A DNA stretch of 64,000 nt from Prevotella sp. (lineage in GTDB: Bacteria; Bacteroidota; Bacteroidia; Bacteroidales; Bacteroidaceae), in contig JBGUNO010000028.1 of assembly GCA_045117415.1 (NCBI GenBank), positions 5,111 to 69,110 of the forward strand. The letters run 5' to 3'. A program made the translations under genes and the position numbers. Positions 59,760-64,000 of this stretch are shown piece after piece. The notes under the pieces were generated by a model, which searched no databases, had not been told where the DNA came from, and worked only from the letters and a program-made list of their open reading frames with translations. Position 1 is the first letter of the stretch. Each line of letters opens with the position of its first letter.

Positions 59760-61823
59760 ATGGCGGCAGAAAACTCTCAACGCTCAACGCTCAACGCTCC
59801 ACTAAAAAGCACCTGGATATGGTATCCTGGCGACTTTGAGATATGGCTGGGTAACATCTTCAACAACCGACGGACTGAGCGCGGTGCGATGTTTCCACCA
59901 TTTTGGAAACAGGACTCACACTATGTAACGGTGGAGTTCTCCCGTGAGTTCAACCTCGACAGGGAAGAGACGATTACCATTGCATGTGAGGGACAGTTTA
60001 ATCTCATGCTGGATGGTAAACTGCAGTTCGGACAACCCAAGACTTTTACTGTACCACAAGGTAAACATAAGTTGAATCTCAAGGTGTGGAACCAGGCAAC
60101 GCCCCCTGCCCTCTTCATCGAAGGGACCACCATCCATACTGACTCCACCTGGCTTGCCACCTACGAGGACAAGATATGGATTGACGAGAACGGTATTGCC
60201 CATGGCTCCGGCATCTATGTACCTGCCGCTTCGTGGAACTTCGACGCCATCGATACACCACCCTCACAATACCAGCTAGAGCGCAGCGAACAGCGTCCTG
60301 TTTGTAGGCATGCCGTGACAACAAACGGTATCCTCTACGATTTCGGGAAAGAGACCTTCGGTTATCTGAAGGTAAAAGGACTGAAAGGCTGTATCCATAT
60401 CTATTATGGAGAAAGTGCCGAAGAAGCAATGGACAAGGAGCACTGTGAGACGCTCGACATCCTCACAGGGGGACAGTCCCCTTGTGAGATATGTGACAGC
60501 AAGGCTTTCCGCTATGTCTATATTGAGACAGAGCAGAACGCCTCCTACGAAGAGGTACTAATGGATTTCGAATATGCTCCCTTGGAGAAAGAGAGAAGTG
60601 GTTCTTTCCGTTGTTCTGACGAGCTGTTGAACAACATCTGGGACACCGCAGCCTATACCATGGATCTCACCACCCGTGAGTTCTTTATGGACGGTATCAA
60701 GCGTGACCGCTGGACATGGAGTGGTGATGCCATCCAGTCATACCTGATGAACTACTATCTCCGCTTCGATACCGAATGTGTGAAGCGTACCATTCGTCAG
60801 TTACGAGGCAAAGACCCCGTGACAGCACACGTCAACACCATCATGGACTATACGTTCTATTGGTTTAAGTCTATCCACGATTACTACCTGTATACGGCAG
60901 ACCTGGATTTCGTACGTGAGATGTGGTCCCGCATGGTGACACTCATGGACTATGTCGAAGGACGACTGAACGGCGACGGGATGGCAGAAGGACAGTCTGA
61001 CGATTGGATCTTCGTGGATTGGGTGGATTTCCCTATGCATAAACGCGGAACACTTTGCTTTGAACAGATTCTGCTCATGAAGGCAATGGAGACGATGGCT
61101 GTCTGTGCCAAACTCCTGGGTGTCAAGACCGACTACCGTGTGAAGGCAGAGTCACTGCGCAACAAGATCAAACAGACATTCTGGAGTTATGAGCGTAAAG
61201 CATATTATCACGCTATCGAGGAGGGACAGATAAACCAACAGATCACCAAGTTCCCCAATATGTTTGCCATCCTCTATGGATTAGCCTACGAGGAAGAGCG
61301 TCATGAGATCATGAAGAGTGTCATGCTCAACCCTGCGATTGACCCCATCACGACACCTTATATGCGTTTCTACGAATTGGAGACTCTTTGCATTGACGGT
61401 TTACAGACAGAGGTCTTGCAGGAGATACGTGACTACTGGGGTGGTATGCTCCATGAGGGTGCGACCTCCTTCTGGGAGAAATACAATCCCGAAGAGACTG
61501 GCACACAACATCTCGCCATGTATGGACGACCCTATGGCAAGAGCCTGTGTCATGCCTGGGGAGCCAGTCCCATCTATCTGATAGGCAAGTATTACCTAGG
61601 AGTGCAACCTACCAAACCCGGCTATGAGGAGTATCTCGTCAAGCCTGTCTTGGGAGACTTACAGTGGATGGAAGGTGATGTTCCGACACCTTTTGGTAAG
61701 ATTCATGTGTCGATGAGCCGACAGGAGGTCACCATCTATAGTGACGGTGGACACGGAACCCTGATGATTGGAGAGAAAGAAATAGAGATTCCCGCAAAAC
61801 AAGAAATAAAGATAGGTCTATGA
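59760..61823 (+). CDS. GH78 alpha-L-rhamnosidase
   Basis: DFGKETFG, DGIKRDRWTWSGD, GATSFWE, SLCHAWGA. Confidence 0.9.
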   Translation: MAAENSQRSTLNAPLKSTWIWYPGDFEIWLGNIFNNRRTERGAMFPPFWKQDSHYVTVEFSREFNLDREETITIACEGQFNLMLDGKLQFGQPKTFTVPQGKHKLNLKVWNQATPPALFIEGTTIHTDSTWLATYEDKIWIDENGIAHGSGIYVPAASWNFDAIDTPPSQYQLERSEQRPVCRHAVTTNGILYDFGKETFGYLKVKGLKGCIHIYYGESAEEAMDKEHCETLDILTGGQSPCEICDSKAFRYVYIETEQNASYEEVLMDFEYAPLEKERSGSFRCSDELLNNIWDTAAYTMDLTTREFFMDGIKRDRWTWSGDAIQSYLMNYYLRFDTECVKRTIRQLRGKDPVTAHVNTIMDYTFYWFKSIHDYYLYTADLDFVREMWSRMVTLMDYVEGRLNGDGMAEGQSDDWIFVDWVDFPMHKRGTLCFEQILLMKAMETMAVCAKLLGVKTDYRVKAESLRNKIKQTFWSYERKAYYHAIEEGQINQQITKFPNMFAILYGLAYEEERHEIMKSVMLNPAIDPITTPYMRFYELETLCIDGLQTEVLQEIRDYWGGMLHEGATSFWEKYNPEETGTQHLAMYGRPYGKSLCHAWGASPIYLIGKYYLGVQPTKPGYEEYLVKPVLGDLQWMEGDVPTPFGKIHVSMSRQEVTIYSDGGHGTLMIGEKEIEIPAKQEIKIGL

Positions 61824-64000
61824 TCAAGAAACTGATATTCGCACTGTGTTTGTTATATACACCAGTTACCTACGCGAAGGTAAAAGTCAAGAACGTGAGT
61901 CCTCAGACAAACTATGCCGCCAGTCTGTTGACAGGTAAGGAAGGTAAGTTCAACGTGTCTGTTGAAGTAGCTGGCAACGGTGAGGCTGAAGGGTTCACAC
62001 TTCTCAGAAAAGACAAGCATGTCCGTGTTATCGGCAACGATGGCGCGGGTGCGATCTATGGTGTCAACAAATTACTGGAGCTGTTGCGGGAAGACCCCAC
62101 GCTCAGCACCCTGACCACACAGAGTGAGGTGCCACAGATGAAGCTGCGAGGTGCCTGTGTAGGACTCCAGAAGACGGTCTACCTCCCTGGTCATCGTGTC
62201 TACGAATATCCCTATACCCCCGAGAACTTCCCATGGTTCTATGACAAGGCTTTATGGATCAAGTATCTGGATTTACTCGCAGAGAACAATATGAACACGG
62301 TCTATCTCTGGAACGGTCATCCCTTTGCCTCGCTGGTGAAGCTCGACGACTACCCCTTTGCGCCAGAGGTGGATGATGCTACGATGCAACAGAACCAGGA
62401 GATGTTCGGGTTCCTCGTTGACGAGGCAGACCGCCGTGGCATCCGTGTCATCCAGATGTTCTATAATATCATCCTCAGCAAACCCTTCGCTGACCATTAT
62501 GGTCTGAAGACACAAGATCGTAACCGTCCTATCACCCCCTTGATTGCCGACTACACCCGTAAGTCTATCGCTGCCTTCATCGAGAAATATCCGAAGGTGG
62601 GATTCCTGGTTTGTCTGGGTGAGGCGATGTCGGGTATCGATAATGACATCAAATGGATGACAGAGACGGTGATTCCTGGTATCAAAGATGGTCTGAGGGC
62701 GTCAGGACGTACGGACACGCCTCCTATCATCCTTCGCAACCATGACACGGATGGACCTGCTGTGCTGAAAGCCTCCCTCCCACTCTACCCGAACATCTAT
62801 ACGATGAACAAATACACGGGAGAGTCGTTGACGACCTATGAGCCTGGTGGTCCCTGGGGTGAGACACATCGTATGCTTGCCGCTGCAGCACCGATTCATA
62901 TTGATAATGTACATATCCTCGCCAACCTGGAGCCGTGGCGGTGGTCGTCACCTGCCTTCACCCAGAAAGCTGTACAGGCGATGCACAAGATTCATCATTC
63001 AAAGGGACTGCATCTTTATCCACAGGCTTCCTACTGGGACTGGCCCTATACAGCAGACAAGCTTCCTCACGGAGAACGGTTGCTACAGATTGACCGCGAC
63101 TGGATGTGGTATCGTGTCTGGGGACGTTATGCATGGAACTGTGACCGAGGACAAGACCAGACCTACTGGAAGCAACAGCTCTCCGACTATTACGGTATTG
63201 ACACCATTGCCGCCGGACAATTGTTGAAGGCTTATGATGAAGCGGGTGAGATTGCCCCCAAGCTCCTGCGCCGCTTCGGTATCACTGAGGGCAACCGACA
63301 GACCTTGTTGCTTGGTATGACGATGGGAGAGCTGGTGAATCCATACAAATACACCATCTACCCTGGTTTCTATGAGAGTTGCGGACCACAGGGTGAGAAA
63401 CTCATCGAGTACGTGGAGAAAGAATGGAAAGGAGAAAAACATGTCGGGGAACTTCCTCTGGATATCGTTGACCAGTGTGTGCAACACGGTATAGAAGCAG
63501 AACATGCCGTCAACATCACTATGGCAAAGCCGACTCGTCATGCCGACGAGTTTGAGCGTGTGAGAAAAGACATGATCTTCTACCGTATGTTCGCCGCTTC
63601 TTTCCGTTGGAAAGTGATGGCAGCACAACAGGTACTGAACTACAAATGGTCACAGGACATCAAATATCTGGAAAAAGCCGTAGAGTATCTGGAACAAAGT
63701 CAGAACTGGTGGAACACACTGAGCATGTCCACGCAAGACGCCTACCTCTATGCCAACTCCATGCAGACCTCCCAGCGTCGCATCCCCGTAGGTGGCGATG
63801 GCGGTAAGATGAAGACATGGAGTGAACTGGCTGTCGTCTATCAGGATGAACTGGATGCCTTAAAAACAAATATCGAGAAATTAAAGAATCCTGTTGCACA
63901 GACAGATACCAACATCCAGCCTGCCACTCCCGCAAAGGTAAAACTCTACAATAACGCCCAACTCATCACTTTAAAGAAGGGAGCCATCATCTTCGAGAAC
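61820..64000 (+). CDS. GH138-like alpha-galacturonidase, runs off the window (absent from the ORF track)
   Basis: ATG at 61820 overlaps the GH78 stop; signal peptide; LRGACVGLQKT, YEYPYTPENFPWFYDK, LWNGHPFASL, CLGEAM, NVHILANLEP. Confidence 0.8.
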   Translation, partial: MIKKLIFALCLLYTPVTYAKVKVKNVSPQTNYAASLLTGKEGKFNVSVEVAGNGEAEGFTLLRKDKHVRVIGNDGAGAIYGVNKLLELLREDPTLSTLTTQSEVPQMKLRGACVGLQKTVYLPGHRVYEYPYTPENFPWFYDKALWIKYLDLLAENNMNTVYLWNGHPFASLVKLDDYPFAPEVDDATMQQNQEMFGFLVDEADRRGIRVIQMFYNIILSKPFADHYGLKTQDRNRPITPLIADYTRKSIAAFIEKYPKVGFLVCLGEAMSGIDNDIKWMTETVIPGIKDGLRASGRTDTPPIILRNHDTDGPAVLKASLPLYPNIYTMNKYTGESLTTYEPGGPWGETHRMLAAAAPIHIDNVHILANLEPWRWSSPAFTQKAVQAMHKIHHSKGLHLYPQASYWDWPYTADKLPHGERLLQIDRDWMWYRVWGRYAWNCDRGQDQTYWKQQLSDYYGIDTIAAGQLLKAYDEAGEIAPKLLRRFGITEGNRQTLLLGMTMGELVNPYKYTIYPGFYESCGPQGEKLIEYVEKEWKGEKHVGELPLDIVDQCVQHGIEAEHAVNITMAKPTRHADEFERVRKDMIFYRMFAASFRWKVMAAQQVLNYKWSQDIKYLEKAVEYLEQSQNWWNTLSMSTQDAYLYANSMQTSQRRIPVGGDGGKMKTWSELAVVYQDELDALKTNIEKLKNPVAQTDTNIQPATPAKVKLYNNAQLITLKKGAIIFEN

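Overview
A 64 kb chromosomal window from a Bacteroidota organism, most consistent with a Prevotella-type anaerobe (TAnnTTTG promoters, SusC/SusD, GldB-like and T9SS-plug-like genes). No rRNA, tRNA, CRISPR array or transposase was recognised. 1-10.8 kb is an accessory patch (acyltransferase, Ntn hydrolase, FMN reductase, two gene remnants, PepC, TonB receptor). 10.8-33.4 kb is mostly housekeeping (relA, ligA, comEC, trpS, NfeD/SPFH, rubrerythrin, DPP-IV, metH, smpB). 33.4-64 kb is a pectin locus resembling rhamnogalacturonan-II (RG-II) systems: L-galactose/L-fucose catabolism, a surface lipoprotein, SusC, SusD, a beta-helix/DUF6298 protein, and GH127, GH141, GH78 and a partial GH138. Best leads: (1) an unusual regulatory circuit made of a kinase-less transmembrane AraC sensor, an ECF sigma with no FecR, an unannotated 46-aa ORF resembling an anti-sigma fragment, and two copies of a TTGRTTAC-N16-CGTCTTT candidate promoter; (2) several palindromic and heptamer elements translated in frame inside genes; (3) a two-unit, covarying non-coding element between susD and the next gene. 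All family calls come from motif recognition; no database search was run.
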